Below, one piece after another: positions 22,499 through 32,000 of a DNA stretch of 32,000 nucleotides. The stretch spans positions 623,581 to 655,580 of the forward strand of contig NC_000909.1 in NCBI RefSeq assembly GCF_000091665.1, read 5' to 3'. The position numbers were made by a program, and so were the translations under genes. This DNA comes from Methanocaldococcus jannaschii DSM 2661. GTDB lineage: Archaea > AGJL01 > Methanococci > Methanococcales > Methanocaldococcaceae. Position 1 is the first letter of the stretch, and every line of letters starts with the position of its first letter. The notes beneath the pieces are model-generated. The model made no database searches. It worked only from the letters and a program-made list of their open reading frames with translations, and was not told the DNA's origin.

Positions 22499-24799
22499 TT
22501 AATATCCATTTTTTAAGATATAGGCAACACCTTGCCCAAAACTAATTCCCCCATCTCCATTAGGAACTCTTTGATGATAAATAAAATTAAAACCCTCCCT
22601 TTTTGCATTATTCATAATTCTTTCAGTTATTATTTTGTTATATGAGACTCCTCCAGTAATGCCTATAGTATTTATTCCAAATTTATTCGATATTTTCTTA
22701 GCAATCTCAAATAATCCATCTGCTATATAAATATGGGCAAAATGTGCTATTTTTTCTTTATTTTCGTTATTTAATAGCATCTCATAAGATTTGTAAATAA
22801 GTTCTGTAGTATTTAAGATGTTATTTTTTATTTTTGGCTCTATATTAATATCTCCTTTAAACCTATTTGCCACTGGCTCTAATCTTATACTCGGCTCTCC
22901 ATCGTAAGTTTTTTCAAAGCAAATTCCTAATAAAGCTGAAACAGCATCTAAAACTCTACCAGTGGATGTAGTTATTGGACAGTTAAGTTTTTTCTCAAGT
23001 TGGAATTTTAATAATCTAAGTTCTTTTTCTGAGAAGAAATTATATCTTTTTATAAAATCAAATGCCTCCTCACCAATGGCTTTATATAATATAGAAAGTA
23101 GCATCCTCAAAGGATACTTAGTTGCTAAGTCCCCTCCTAACTGATACTGTTCCTCCAAATGCCCTACTCTCTCCATCTTGCCATCTTTAAATAACAAAAC
23201 CTCCCCTCCCCAAATATTCCCATCCAATCCATAACCTACCCCATCCAACGACAAAATTATTGCATCATCGAAATAGTTGTTGTCCCCTAATAAGCTATAA
23301 GCATGTGCAAAATGATGCTGAACTCTAAAAATCTCAGCCCCAAATTTTTCTGATAATTCCTCAGCTAATTTTGTTGAATTAAACTGAGGATGCAAGTCAC
23401 AAACAATAGCATCAATTTTATTTGTGTTTGTTAATCTTAAAATGTTGTTTATCGCATCTCTTAGATAGCAGAATGTCTCATACTTTGAGGTATTTCCTAT
23501 ATACTGGGTTAGATAAAACTTATCTCTCTTTACAATACAAGCGGTTGAGTTTAGCTCAGCCCCAACACATAGGATATTTTTATTATTGTTTATATTAACC
23601 TTTACAGGCTCTGGAGCAAATCCCCTTGACCTCCTTAAAAAAACTAATCTATCAGCTACCTTTTTAACAACACTGTCATCACATCTATTCACTATCCTTC
23701 TATTATGCAATAAGAAGTAGTCAGCAATACCGTTAAGTTTTTTTAATATCTCATCATTATCCTTAACCATTGGTAATCCTGGCAGATTAGCAGAGGTCAT
23801 AACATAAGCAATCTCTTTATCAAATAAGAGATAATGCAACCCACTGTATGGAAACATAACTCCAATAGTGTCTAAATTAGAAACATACTTTGAAAAATAT
23901 TTATCATAATCTTGGCTCTTTTTTAAAACAACTATTGGTCTTCTTAAAGATAACAAAGCATTTTTTTCATCTTCGTCAAATTCAGCAAACAGCTCTGTAT
24001 ATTCTATTTTACTCATTACTGCAAATGGTTGAGTTGGTCTTCCCAATCTCTTCCTTAATTCTAAAACTACATCATCCTCTCCTACTTTACAAGCTAAGTG
24101 AGTCCCTCCAATTCCTTTTATAGCTAATATATGACCCTCTTCCAATAATTTAACTGTTTCTCTAATTGCTTCATCTTTTTCAGCTATAATCTCTTTTCCA
24201 TCACTCAAAAATACCTTAGGACCGCAAATTGGGCAACAAGTGGCTTGAGCATGAAATCTCCTATCTAAAGGATTTTTATATTCCTCCAAGCACTTTTCAC
24301 ATAAAGGAAAATCTCTCATTGATGTATTTTCTCTATCATAGGGAAGTTTTTCAACTATTGTAAATCTCGGCCCACAATTTGTGCATGCAATAAATGGGTA
24401 TCTGTATCTCCTATCATTTTTATCAAGCATTTCTTTTAAGCAGTCGTCACATATTGCTACATCAGCTGGTATAGTGCCTTCTTCCTCATCTTTAGCGTTT
24501 TCACTCTTTATAATATAGAAGTCATCAAATTCTTCAATTCCTTTAATTTCCTCAATATCCAATTTATCAATTCTTGACAATGGCGGTTTCTTATTTTTTA
24601 AATCATTGATAAAATTTCTTATATCCTCTTTTTTTCCTTCAATAAGAATTTCCACATAATTCCCCATGTTTTTTACATAGCCCTTTAAATTATTTTTTTT
24701 AGCTATTCTATAAACAAAAGGTCTAAACCCTACACCTTGAACTATACCTTTAACTTTAATTCTTACCTTCATTTTAACACCAAAAAATAATATCTCCAT
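22499..24799 (-). CDS. hypF: Hydrogenase maturation carbamoyltransferase HypF
   Basis: 766 aa; acylphosphatase domain GIVQGVGFRPFVYR, two CxxC zinc finger pairs, YrdC-like domain, C-terminal carbamoyltransferase motifs. Real start may be MKVRIKV, nine residues in. Confidence 0.95.
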   Translation of the reverse strand: MEILFFGVKMKVRIKVKGIVQGVGFRPFVYRIAKKNNLKGYVKNMGNYVEILIEGKKEDIRNFINDLKNKKPPLSRIDKLDIEEIKGIEEFDDFYIIKSENAKDEEEGTIPADVAICDDCLKEMLDKNDRRYRYPFIACTNCGPRFTIVEKLPYDRENTSMRDFPLCEKCLEEYKNPLDRRFHAQATCCPICGPKVFLSDGKEIIAEKDEAIRETVKLLEEGHILAIKGIGGTHLACKVGEDDVVLELRKRLGRPTQPFAVMSKIEYTELFAEFDEDEKNALLSLRRPIVVLKKSQDYDKYFSKYVSNLDTIGVMFPYSGLHYLLFDKEIAYVMTSANLPGLPMVKDNDEILKKLNGIADYFLLHNRRIVNRCDDSVVKKVADRLVFLRRSRGFAPEPVKVNINNNKNILCVGAELNSTACIVKRDKFYLTQYIGNTSKYETFCYLRDAINNILRLTNTNKIDAIVCDLHPQFNSTKLAEELSEKFGAEIFRVQHHFAHAYSLLGDNNYFDDAIILSLDGVGYGLDGNIWGGEVLLFKDGKMERVGHLEEQYQLGGDLATKYPLRMLLSILYKAIGEEAFDFIKRYNFFSEKELRLLKFQLEKKLNCPITTSTGRVLDAVSALLGICFEKTYDGEPSIRLEPVANRFKGDINIEPKIKNNILNTTELIYKSYEMLLNNENKEKIAHFAHIYIADGLFEIAKKISNKFGINTIGITGGVSYNKIITERIMNNAKREGFNFIYHQRVPNGDGGISFGQGVAYILKNGY

Positions 24800-24945
24800 T
24801 TAATTTTAAATTTGATTATTATTTAATTTTTTAATATGTAGTTTTGAAAATCTAATTGATATTATTAAAATTTTTAATATACATATTAAATTTTATGATA
24901 AAGTTTATATAAAACAAATTCAAACATAATTAAACGTAAAAAATT

Positions 24946-25302
24946 TTGGTGGAGAGTATGATTGACAGAGTTTTATTAGAGCTAAATAGAACCGATGGAG
25001 TTAAAGGTTCAATGGTTGTTGGGAAGGATGGGTTAGTTATAGCCTCTCAATTGCCAGGAAATGTAGATGCTGAATTAGTTGGGGCTATGGCTTCAGCAGC
25101 ATTTGGGGCTGCTGAGAGAACCTCTTCCGAGATTGGGTTAAGTGGTTTAGAACAAACAATGATTGAAGGAGAGCATGGGAAAACATTAATGGTCGATGCA
25201 GGAGAGGGAATTTTAGTAGTCTTAACTGACGCAAAAGTTAATTTGGGTTTAATTAGAATAACAATGAAAAGAGCGGCAGATAAGATAAAAGCAATGTTTT
25301 AA
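24946..25302 (+). CDS. Roadblock/LC7 domain protein
   Basis: 118 aa; L..L....[20 protein letters not shown], small single-domain Roadblock/LC7 fold pattern. TATA-like tttatata lies near 24907. Confidence 0.88.
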   Translation: MVESMIDRVLLELNRTDGVKGSMVVGKDGLVIASQLPGNVDAELVGAMASAAFGAAERTSSEIGLSGLEQTMIEGEHGKTLMVDAGEGILVVLTDAKVNLGLIRITMKRAADKIKAMF

Positions 25303-25343
25303 ATAAATTCTAATCCTTCAAAATTTACAATGAGGGATTTGGA

Positions 25344-26360
25344 ATGAAAATATCAATATATGGAGCTGGGAATCAGAGGCTTTATTTAGAACAGTTGAAA
25401 GTTCCAGAAAAGTTTGGTGGGGAGCCACCTTATGGAGGAGCTGGAATGGCTATTGAATTTGCTAAGGCAGGACATGATGTTGTTTTATCTGAACCAAATA
25501 GGGATGTTATGAGTGATGATTTATGGAAGAAGGTTGAGGATGCTGGAGTTAAGGTTGTTAGTGATGATATCGAAGCTGCAAAGCATGGGGAAATTCATGT
25601 TTTATTTACACCATTCGGAAGAATAACATTAAACATTGCAAATACAATTATTGAACATGTTCCAGAGAATGCAATTATTTGTAACACTTGTACTATCCCA
25701 ACTCCTGTTTTGTATAGGTCGTTGGAGGGAATTTTAAGATTAAAGAGGAGAGATGTTGGTATTAGCTCAATGCACCCAACAGGAGTTCCTGGAACTCCTT
25801 CTCAAAAATATTACACAATTGCAGGAAAAGCTTTGGAAGGAAAAGAGTATGCAACAGAAGATCAGATAAATAAATTAGTTGAATTGGTAAAAAGCGTTGG
25901 AAAGATTCCTTATGTAACTCCTGCAGATGTTGTTCCTGCAGTTGCGGATATGGGGGCTTTAGTCACTGCAGTTGCCTTAGTTGGAGTTTTGGATTATTAT
26001 AGGGTTGGAACGCAGATTATCAACGCTCCAAAGGATATGATAGAAAAGCAAATATTGATATCTTTACAAACAATTGCTTCAATTATTGAAACTTCTGGAA
26101 TGGAGGGATTAATGAAAGTATTTAACAAAGACGCTTTACTTTCATCTGCAAAGAACATGTTAATTGATGAAAGACAGGAGGATTTAAATTTAGCTTTAAA
26201 GATTATTGAAGAGTTTGATAAATCAACTATTGGAGAGAAAGATATCAGCCAGACCTATTTAGTAGCTCCACAGGCGCTAATAAAAGAGGCAGTATCATTA
26301 ATTGGAAAGAGTGCTGTTGAGGGGATGATTAGAAGAAGTTCAAATAAATTATTCAAATAA
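25344..26360 (+). CDS. H2-forming methylenetetrahydromethanopterin dehydrogenase-related protein (Hmd paralogue)
   Basis: 338 aa; MKISIYGAGNQRLYLEQLKVPEKFGGEPPYGGAGMAIEFAKAGHDVVLSEPN and CNTCTIPTP, typical of Hmd and its paralogues; resembles HmdII. Confidence 0.9.
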   Translation: MKISIYGAGNQRLYLEQLKVPEKFGGEPPYGGAGMAIEFAKAGHDVVLSEPNRDVMSDDLWKKVEDAGVKVVSDDIEAAKHGEIHVLFTPFGRITLNIANTIIEHVPENAIICNTCTIPTPVLYRSLEGILRLKRRDVGISSMHPTGVPGTPSQKYYTIAGKALEGKEYATEDQINKLVELVKSVGKIPYVTPADVVPAVADMGALVTAVALVGVLDYYRVGTQIINAPKDMIEKQILISLQTIASIIETSGMEGLMKVFNKDALLSSAKNMLIDERQEDLNLALKIIEEFDKSTIGEKDISQTYLVAPQALIKEAVSLIGKSAVEGMIRRSSNKLFK

Positions 26361-26404
26361 TCATAATAAAGTAATACTTATACTGAATATTCGAAATTAT
26401 TATT

Positions 26405-26878
26405 TTGGAATTTTACAATATAGGTGATATTATGGCATTAAAATTCACCATTGAAGAGTTATCAAATCAAAAAAGAGATACATTAGGAAGAAATATTGAC
26501 GTAACTGTTTTTAGATTAATAAGATTTATGGATTTGGAAAGATATTTAGGAAGAGGGGCTCATGGAGTTATTTACGAATGTGGAAGAGAGCTTGGACTGG
26601 CATTAAATCCAAAAACTGTTGAAGATGTAGTTAAGTTTTGTGAGGAATATAAAATTGGAAAGGTGGAGATAGTTAATAAAGAGCCATTGTAAATTAGGGT
26701 TTATGAATGTATCTCTTGTTCTGGACTTCCTGAGGTTGGAGAGACATTATGTTGGTTTGAAGGAGGCTTTATTGCTGGATGCTTAGAAAAAATATTAAAC
26801 AAGAGAGTTAGAGTGAAAGAAACTCACTGTGCAGGTTTGGGGCATGATTTCTGTCAGTTTGAGGTAAAAGTCCTTTAA
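26405..26878 (+). pseudogene. V4R-like domain protein interrupted by an in-frame TAA at 26690-26692
   Basis: 95-aa ORF ending ...GKVEIVNKEPL, then TAA, then in the same frame IRVYECISCSGLPEVGETLCWFEGGFIAGCLEKILNKRVRVKETHCAGLGHDFCQFEVKVL* (26693-26878), which is the conserved Cys-rich V4R-type C-terminus. Listed start may be 26432 (ATGGCATTAAAA...). Confidence 0.78.
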
Positions 26879-27234
26879 TGATATTTTTTCATCTCATTTA
26901 TTATATATTCTAAAGCTTCAAAACCCTCTTTTCTATGTCTTGCAAAAACGGCTATTGAAGCAATCCTCTCCCCAATACTTAAAAATCCAGTGTTGTGGTA
27001 AAATAAGATATCAATAACATCAAACTTATTTTTTGCCTCCTCAATAACTAACTTCAACTTTTCTAAGATGTCTTCATCTATCTTCATTCCTTTTGATGGA
27101 ACTTTTTCTCCATCTTTTAAATCATACTCCCTAACAAATCCATTGAAAGTTACAATACATCCAAATTTCCCTTTGTATTTTTCAATACATTCATCCATCT
27201 TTTTGCAAAACTCTTCATACTCGTTAAAAATCAT
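26875..27234 (-). CDS. MoaE-like (molybdopterin synthase large subunit-like) protein
   Basis: 119 aa; GCIVTFNGFVR, IDILFYHNTGFLSIGERIASIAVFARHRKEGFEALEYIINEMKKYH matches the MoaE core, but lacks the usual C-terminal extension. Confidence 0.8.
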   Translation of the reverse strand: MIFNEYEEFCKKMDECIEKYKGKFGCIVTFNGFVREYDLKDGEKVPSKGMKIDEDILEKLKLVIEEAKNKFDVIDILFYHNTGFLSIGERIASIAVFARHRKEGFEALEYIINEMKKYH

Positions 27235-27253
27235 TTTCTCACCTAAAAATGTT

Positions 27254-28462
27254 TTATAATATTAAATATCCCAAAACTAAGCTTAGTAATACAACTAATA
27301 ACATATTATATTTTTTATACAACAATAGAAATGATACAATAAATATTATTAATGCCTGTATTGACCAATCAACTAAGAGTGCAAATCTTATAGTTACTGC
27401 TACCAGCAAGCCAACGAATGATACTAATATCATATGTAAAATATTCTTGAAAATGGTATTATGTTTTAAACTGTCAAATATTGGAATTGAAGATAACAAT
27501 ATTATGAACGAAGGTGTAAAAACGCTTATAGTAGAAATAATACTTCCAATAAAACCTCCAACAATATATCCTACAAATGTGGCAGTTATTACTATGGGTC
27601 CTGGCGTTATTTGCCCTAATGCAATTCCATCCATAAAGGTTTTAGCATCCATTAGATTGTATTTATCTACAACCTCATGCAACATAAAGGGAACTGACCC
27701 ATATCCCCCACCAAAAGCAAAAACATCAACTTTCATCATAAGTGTTGAAAGTAGGAATAATTTTGAATCAATCATATAAAGAATTAAATTAAATAAAAAC
27801 ACTCCAAATAACAGATAAGCCACATATTTATATATTCTTAACTTTTCTCTTGGTATATCTATCTTTAATGAAAGTTTTGTAATATCACGCCTATACATTA
27901 AAAATCCAATAAATATCGATACAAAGATAACAATAAACGGACTAAATTTTAAAATAAATAATAATGCCGATATTAAAAGTAAAAAAACATCCCCGATAGT
28001 TCTAATATTTTTTTTACTAAAGTTTAGTGTTCCATTAGCAGCTAATGATACCACAATAATTCTTAAAGCCTCAAAAATTGAAACAGTTTTTGGCAAAGAT
28101 TTAACATGCATATATATAATTGTTAAAAATAACATGATTAAAAACGCAGGCAATGCATAAGCCATAAAAGCAGCAAAAGCTCCTACAATCCCTCTAAGAT
28201 AAAACCCAACATAAGCCGCTACTTGCATCACAGAAGCTCCAGGAATTATTTGAGCTAAAGCAACTCCATTATTAAAACTTTTTTCATCCATCCATTTTTT
28301 CTCATCTACTACCATTTCTCTGACATAGGCAATTGCTGTTGGTCCCCCAAATGCTACCATCCCAAGTTTTAAAAAAGACATAAAAATATTTAAAGCAGAA
28401 GGATTATTCCTTTTTTCCATTTTATCCCTTTTATTAGTTTTATTCATTGGATGCATCATCAT
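27254..28462 (-). CDS. Chromate transporter ChrA family protein
   Basis: 402 aa; FLKLGMVAFGGPTAIAYVREMVV...GVALAQIIPGASVMQVAAYVGF and second half VFAFGGGYGSVPFMLHEVV...GIALGQITPGPIVITATFVGYIVGG. Real start is probably internal (MEKRNN...). Confidence 0.92.
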   Translation of the reverse strand: MMMHPMNKTNKRDKMEKRNNPSALNIFMSFLKLGMVAFGGPTAIAYVREMVVDEKKWMDEKSFNNGVALAQIIPGASVMQVAAYVGFYLRGIVGAFAAFMAYALPAFLIMLFLTIIYMHVKSLPKTVSIFEALRIIVVSLAANGTLNFSKKNIRTIGDVFLLLISALLFILKFSPFIVIFVSIFIGFLMYRRDITKLSLKIDIPREKLRIYKYVAYLLFGVFLFNLILYMIDSKLFLLSTLMMKVDVFAFGGGYGSVPFMLHEVVDKYNLMDAKTFMDGIALGQITPGPIVITATFVGYIVGGFIGSIISTISVFTPSFIILLSSIPIFDSLKHNTIFKNILHMILVSFVGLLVAVTIRFALLVDWSIQALIIFIVSFLLLYKKYNMLLVVLLSLVLGYLIL

Positions 28463-28487
28463 CGCTTCGCTCGATGATGCCTCTTAG

Positions 28488-30290
28488 TTATTCATCAACA
28501 TAATAATACTCTCCTTTTTCCTTCTGCATAATATCTCTTTGACTTCCTTCTTTATTAGCTCTTGGCCTTCCTGTCTCTGGGTCTCTTCTAAATGTAATTT
28601 GCATTTCTTTTAAGAATTTGTTAGCTCCATCTCTCTTATTCATTGGACTACTACCAACTCCAAACTTCCCTGGCTCTCCACTGAATACAATAAATCTATC
28701 TGAAATGTAGTCTTGGAATAGTATGTCGTGGTCAACAACAAACATTCCAGCCTCTTTTTCATCTGCAATTCTTCTTATTACTTTTGAAACTCTCAATCTC
28801 TGCTCAACATCTAAAAATGCAGATGGCTCATCCAATAAATAGATATCAGCGTCTCTACTTAAGCAGGCAGCAATAGCAACCCTCTGCAACTCTCCACCTG
28901 ACAACTCTCTAACTTCCCTATCCAATAGCTTCTCTAACTGTAAAGGATTAATTATCTCTGATTTGTAGTAGGAAGTGTGTATATTGGTTATTGAACTCAA
29001 TAAATCTTCAACTGTTCCATCATAATCTGGAGTAATATATTGAGGTTTGTATGAAACTTTTATATCTCCTTCTTTGATAACCTCTCCTTCATCTGGCTTA
29101 ATTACTCCAGCCAATAACTTAACAAATGTTGTTTTTCCAATACCATTAGGCCCTAAAATACCAATAACCTCTCCTTTGTAAATAGTTCCTCCACTAACCT
29201 CTAATTTAAAATCTCCCAAAGTCTTTTTCATTGAGGAATAGCTCAACAAAATTGGCCTATTTTTAAAGTCAATAACTGCCCTCTTCTCAAATATAATTGG
29301 CTCTTTTCTAAATCTTATATTCTCTTCCCTCAACTCCCCATAGAGATATTCATTAATTCCCACTCTAACACTCTTTGGCATTGAGACAATACCATAAGCT
29401 GATGGAACCCCATACATAATATGGATATAATCAGATAAGTAATCCAAAACAATTAAATCGTGTTCAACTACAACAACTTTATTTAATTCTCTAATTAATC
29501 TTGCGGCATTAAACCTCTGCCTAATATCTAACCATGAAGATGGTTCGTCAAAGAAGTATATATCTCCATTTCTTAAATATGCTGCAGCAATAGCTACTCT
29601 CTGCAGCTCTCCTCCAGATAACTGGCTTAACTCTCTATCTAAGATATTCTTTAGCTCTAACTTCTCAACAACCTCATCAAATTTGCCCTTTTCATCAACT
29701 TTCTTTAATAAATCTCCAACCTTTCCTTTAACAACCTTTGGTAGTATATCAACATACTGAACTTTATGGATAGCCTTTACTCCTTTATTTTTTAATTTTT
29801 CAAAGTATTCTTGCAGTTCAGTCCCTCTAAAGTATTTTATAACATCGTCATAGTTTGGCTCTTTATCATGTTTTCCTAAATTAGGAATTAACTCTCCAGC
29901 TAAAATTCTTAAGACAGTGGATTTACCAATCCCATTCTGCCCAATAATCCCTACAACCCCATCTCTTGGGATAACCAAACCAAATAACTTAAATCTATTC
30001 TGCCCATAGGAATGAACTATCTTATCCTCACTCAGCTCTTCAGGCAATCCAATAATTGATATTGCCTTAAATGGACATCTCTTAACACATATTCCACAGC
30101 CAGAACATAAAACTTCTGATATTACTGGCTTTCCTGTGTTTTCATCAATCTCTATTGTCTTTTCTCCCATTCTAACTCCTGGACAGTATTTCATACATTC
30201 CATAGAACATTTCTTTGGCTGACATCTATCATAATCAATGATGGCCAATCTCATAAAATCACCTCCTAATAAATAAAAACCTAATTTCAT
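28488..30290 (-). CDS. RNase L inhibitor / ABCE1 ribosome recycling factor
   Basis: 600 aa; N-terminal double [4Fe-4S] domain RLAIIDYDRCQPKKCSMECMKYCPGVRMG, two ABC domains GIIGQNGIGKSTVLRI and GILGPNGIGKTTFVKLL, LSGGELQRVAIAA twice. Likely starts at MRLAIIDYDRC. Confidence 0.97.
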   Translation of the reverse strand: MKLGFYLLGGDFMRLAIIDYDRCQPKKCSMECMKYCPGVRMGEKTIEIDENTGKPVISEVLCSGCGICVKRCPFKAISIIGLPEELSEDKIVHSYGQNRFKLFGLVIPRDGVVGIIGQNGIGKSTVLRILAGELIPNLGKHDKEPNYDDVIKYFRGTELQEYFEKLKNKGVKAIHKVQYVDILPKVVKGKVGDLLKKVDEKGKFDEVVEKLELKNILDRELSQLSGGELQRVAIAAAYLRNGDIYFFDEPSSWLDIRQRFNAARLIRELNKVVVVEHDLIVLDYLSDYIHIMYGVPSAYGIVSMPKSVRVGINEYLYGELREENIRFRKEPIIFEKRAVIDFKNRPILLSYSSMKKTLGDFKLEVSGGTIYKGEVIGILGPNGIGKTTFVKLLAGVIKPDEGEVIKEGDIKVSYKPQYITPDYDGTVEDLLSSITNIHTSYYKSEIINPLQLEKLLDREVRELSGGELQRVAIAACLSRDADIYLLDEPSAFLDVEQRLRVSKVIRRIADEKEAGMFVVDHDILFQDYISDRFIVFSGEPGKFGVGSSPMNKRDGANKFLKEMQITFRRDPETGRPRANKEGSQRDIMQKEKGEYYYVDE

Positions 30291-30345
30291 TTTAAATTTT
30301 TAAAATAAAAGAATAGAAAAGCTTTCTAAAGAAAAATAGATTAAT

Positions 30346-31359
30346 TTATTCTTCTCTTACTCTTTTAGCTACTTCTTCAGCCATTTCAAATGTATTTAAA
30401 TTACCTCCTAAGTCAGGTGTTGTTAAACCTAAAGCTAAAACTTCCTCCAATGCTTTTTCAACTTTATCTGCAGCTTCATACTCTCCTAAGTATCTAAGCA
30501 TTAAAACAGCACTTAATATTGTAGCTGTTGGATTAGCTATCTTTTTTCCAGCAATATCTGGAGCTGAACCATGAACCGGCTCAAATAATCCATGTTCATC
30601 TCCTATATTCGCTGAAGGAGCTAAACCTAATCCCCCAACAGTTCCAGCAGCTCCATCTGATAAAATATCTCCAAATAAGTTGGAAGTAACTACAACATCA
30701 AATACTTGCGGTTTTGTTATGATATACATATTCATTGCATCTATGTAATAATCTTCTGCTTTTATATCGTCATATTCCTCTGCAACTTTATAAAATATCT
30801 TTTTAAATAACCCATCAGTTAATTTTAAGACATTTGCTTTGTGAGCACATGTAACCTTTCCTTCTTTGCCCATCTTCTTTCTTTCCCTTGCTAAGTTAAA
30901 AGCAAATCTAAATATTCTCTCACATGCTTTTTCTGTTATAACTCTTGTAGCTATTGTAATTCCTTCATCAATCTCTGCCTCTATTCCTTTATAAAGCCCT
31001 TCAGTGTTTTCCCTAACTATAACGTAATCAATATCTGGCCTTAGGCACTTAACTCCTTTGTATGCTTTAACTGGTCTAATGTTTGCATAAGTATCCAATA
31101 TATGCCTCAATTTAACAATAACATCTGCCGCTGTTTCTCCAGCCGCTCCAAATAAAACAGCATCACAGTCTAAGGCAGTTTCAATTGTTTCTTCTGGTAA
31201 TGCCTTACCAGTTCTTTTATAAACCTCATCCCCTGCCTCAGCATAGACAAACTCAAATGGCAAACCAGTAGCTTCTAAAACTTGAATTGTTGCTGGAACA
31301 ACCTCTTTACCAATTCCATCTCCTTCTATAACACATATTTTATGCATACTTATCACCAA
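30346..31359 (-). CDS. leuB: 3-isopropylmalate / homoisocitrate dehydrogenase family protein, probably LeuB
   Basis: 337 aa; VIEGDGIGKEVVPAT, VRENTEGLYKGIE, TSNLFGDILSDGAAGTVGGLGLAPSANIG, FEPVHGSAPDIAGK. Substrate specificity (LeuB versus AksF) cannot be fixed by motif alone. Confidence 0.85.
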   Translation of the reverse strand: MVISMHKICVIEGDGIGKEVVPATIQVLEATGLPFEFVYAEAGDEVYKRTGKALPEETIETALDCDAVLFGAAGETAADVIVKLRHILDTYANIRPVKAYKGVKCLRPDIDYVIVRENTEGLYKGIEAEIDEGITIATRVITEKACERIFRFAFNLARERKKMGKEGKVTCAHKANVLKLTDGLFKKIFYKVAEEYDDIKAEDYYIDAMNMYIITKPQVFDVVVTSNLFGDILSDGAAGTVGGLGLAPSANIGDEHGLFEPVHGSAPDIAGKKIANPTATILSAVLMLRYLGEYEAADKVEKALEEVLALGLTTPDLGGNLNTFEMAEEVAKRVREE

Positions 31360-31541
31360 AAAGATTAATTATAGCAATATTAATAAAAATACTTTCACAT
31401 AAAAATGTTTTGTTGGTGACTTAAACCATATCAAAAATGATTAAAATACTCAACAAAAAACAACACAAAATATAAATACTTATAATGCATTACTTCCCTT
31501 AAAAGTTTTATTTTTAATTTTAAAATCATTTTGGTGATTAA

Positions 31542-32000
31542 ATGAGCCAAGAGAATTGGATAGATTTAGAGAAAAAATACCATCTCCAAATCTACGGAAG
31601 ATTACCAGTTGTTTTAGTTGAAGGTAAAGGAATGGAAGTTTATGATATTGATGGAAAGAAATATCTTGATTTCTTAGCTGGAATTGGAGTTAATAATGTA
31701 GGGCATTGTCATCCAAAGGTTGTTGAAGCAATAAAAAAACAGGCTGAAACTTTAATCCATACCTCCAACATATATTACACAATCCCTCAAATAAAATTAG
31801 CTAAAAAGTTAGTTGAGCTAAGTGGTTTGGATAGAGCATTTTTCTGCAACAGTGGAGCTGAAGCTAACGAAGGAGCTATAAAGTTTGCAAGGAAGTATGT
31901 ATCAAAAGTATTAGGAAGAGAAGGAGGAGAAATAATCAGCATGTATAACGCATTTCATGGTAGAACTTTAACAACACTGGCAGCAACACCAAAACCAAAG
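31542..32000 (+). CDS. argD: Acetylornithine aminotransferase, 3' end outside the window
   Basis: [60 protein letters not shown]...[20 protein letters not shown]...; open to the window edge, not listed in the ORF track. Confidence 0.9.
   Translation, partial: MSQENWIDLEKKYHLQIYGRLPVVLVEGKGMEVYDIDGKKYLDFLAGIGVNNVGHCHPKVVEAIKKQAETLIHTSNIYYTIPQIKLAKKLVELSGLDRAFFCNSGAEANEGAIKFARKYVSKVLGREGGEIISMYNAFHGRTLTTLAATPKPK

Noticed and set aside
22962-24123. Plus-strand ORFs opposite hypF
   Set aside because: Shadow ORFs; the minus-strand HypF motifs are continuous through the region.
27249-27779. 176-aa plus-strand ORF opposite chrA
   Set aside because: Complement of a clear ChrA-family gene; composition is not protein-like.

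Overview
This window is a chromosomal segment of a hyperthermophilic methanogen, most likely a Methanocaldococcus close to M. jannaschii. Gene content and order recall the M. jannaschii MJ0698-MJ0721 region; that correspondence is from memory, not from a database search. From left to right I read: the 3' part of hisB; a two-repeat CRISPR mini-array with about 430 bp of AT-rich leader-like DNA; an amidohydrolase; an MscS channel; primase large subunit and PolD small subunit; a HisA-like protein; two membrane-protein ORFs that look like pieces of one gene; HMG-CoA reductase; a SpoIIM/DUF95-like protein; L40e; Tsr3; a MATE transporter; and Trm-G10. These are followed by six tRNA genes, a full 16S-tRNA-Ala-23S-5S operon with bulge-helix-bulge-like processing stems, and an archaeal type M RNase P RNA. 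The right part carries an RMD1/DUF155-like protein, G1P dehydrogenase, HypF, a roadblock/LC7 protein, an Hmd paralogue, a V4R-like ORF broken by an in-frame TAA, a short MoaE-like protein, ChrA, ABCE1/RLI, a LeuB-family dehydrogenase and the 5' part of argD. Most of the window is ordinary housekeeping DNA and I see no clear new defence or mobile system. The best second looks are the nonsense-interrupted V4R ORF, the apparently frameshifted membrane gene, two unexplained clamped RNA structures in the rRNA leader and spacer, the hypF C-terminal relic, and the minimal CRISPR locus.
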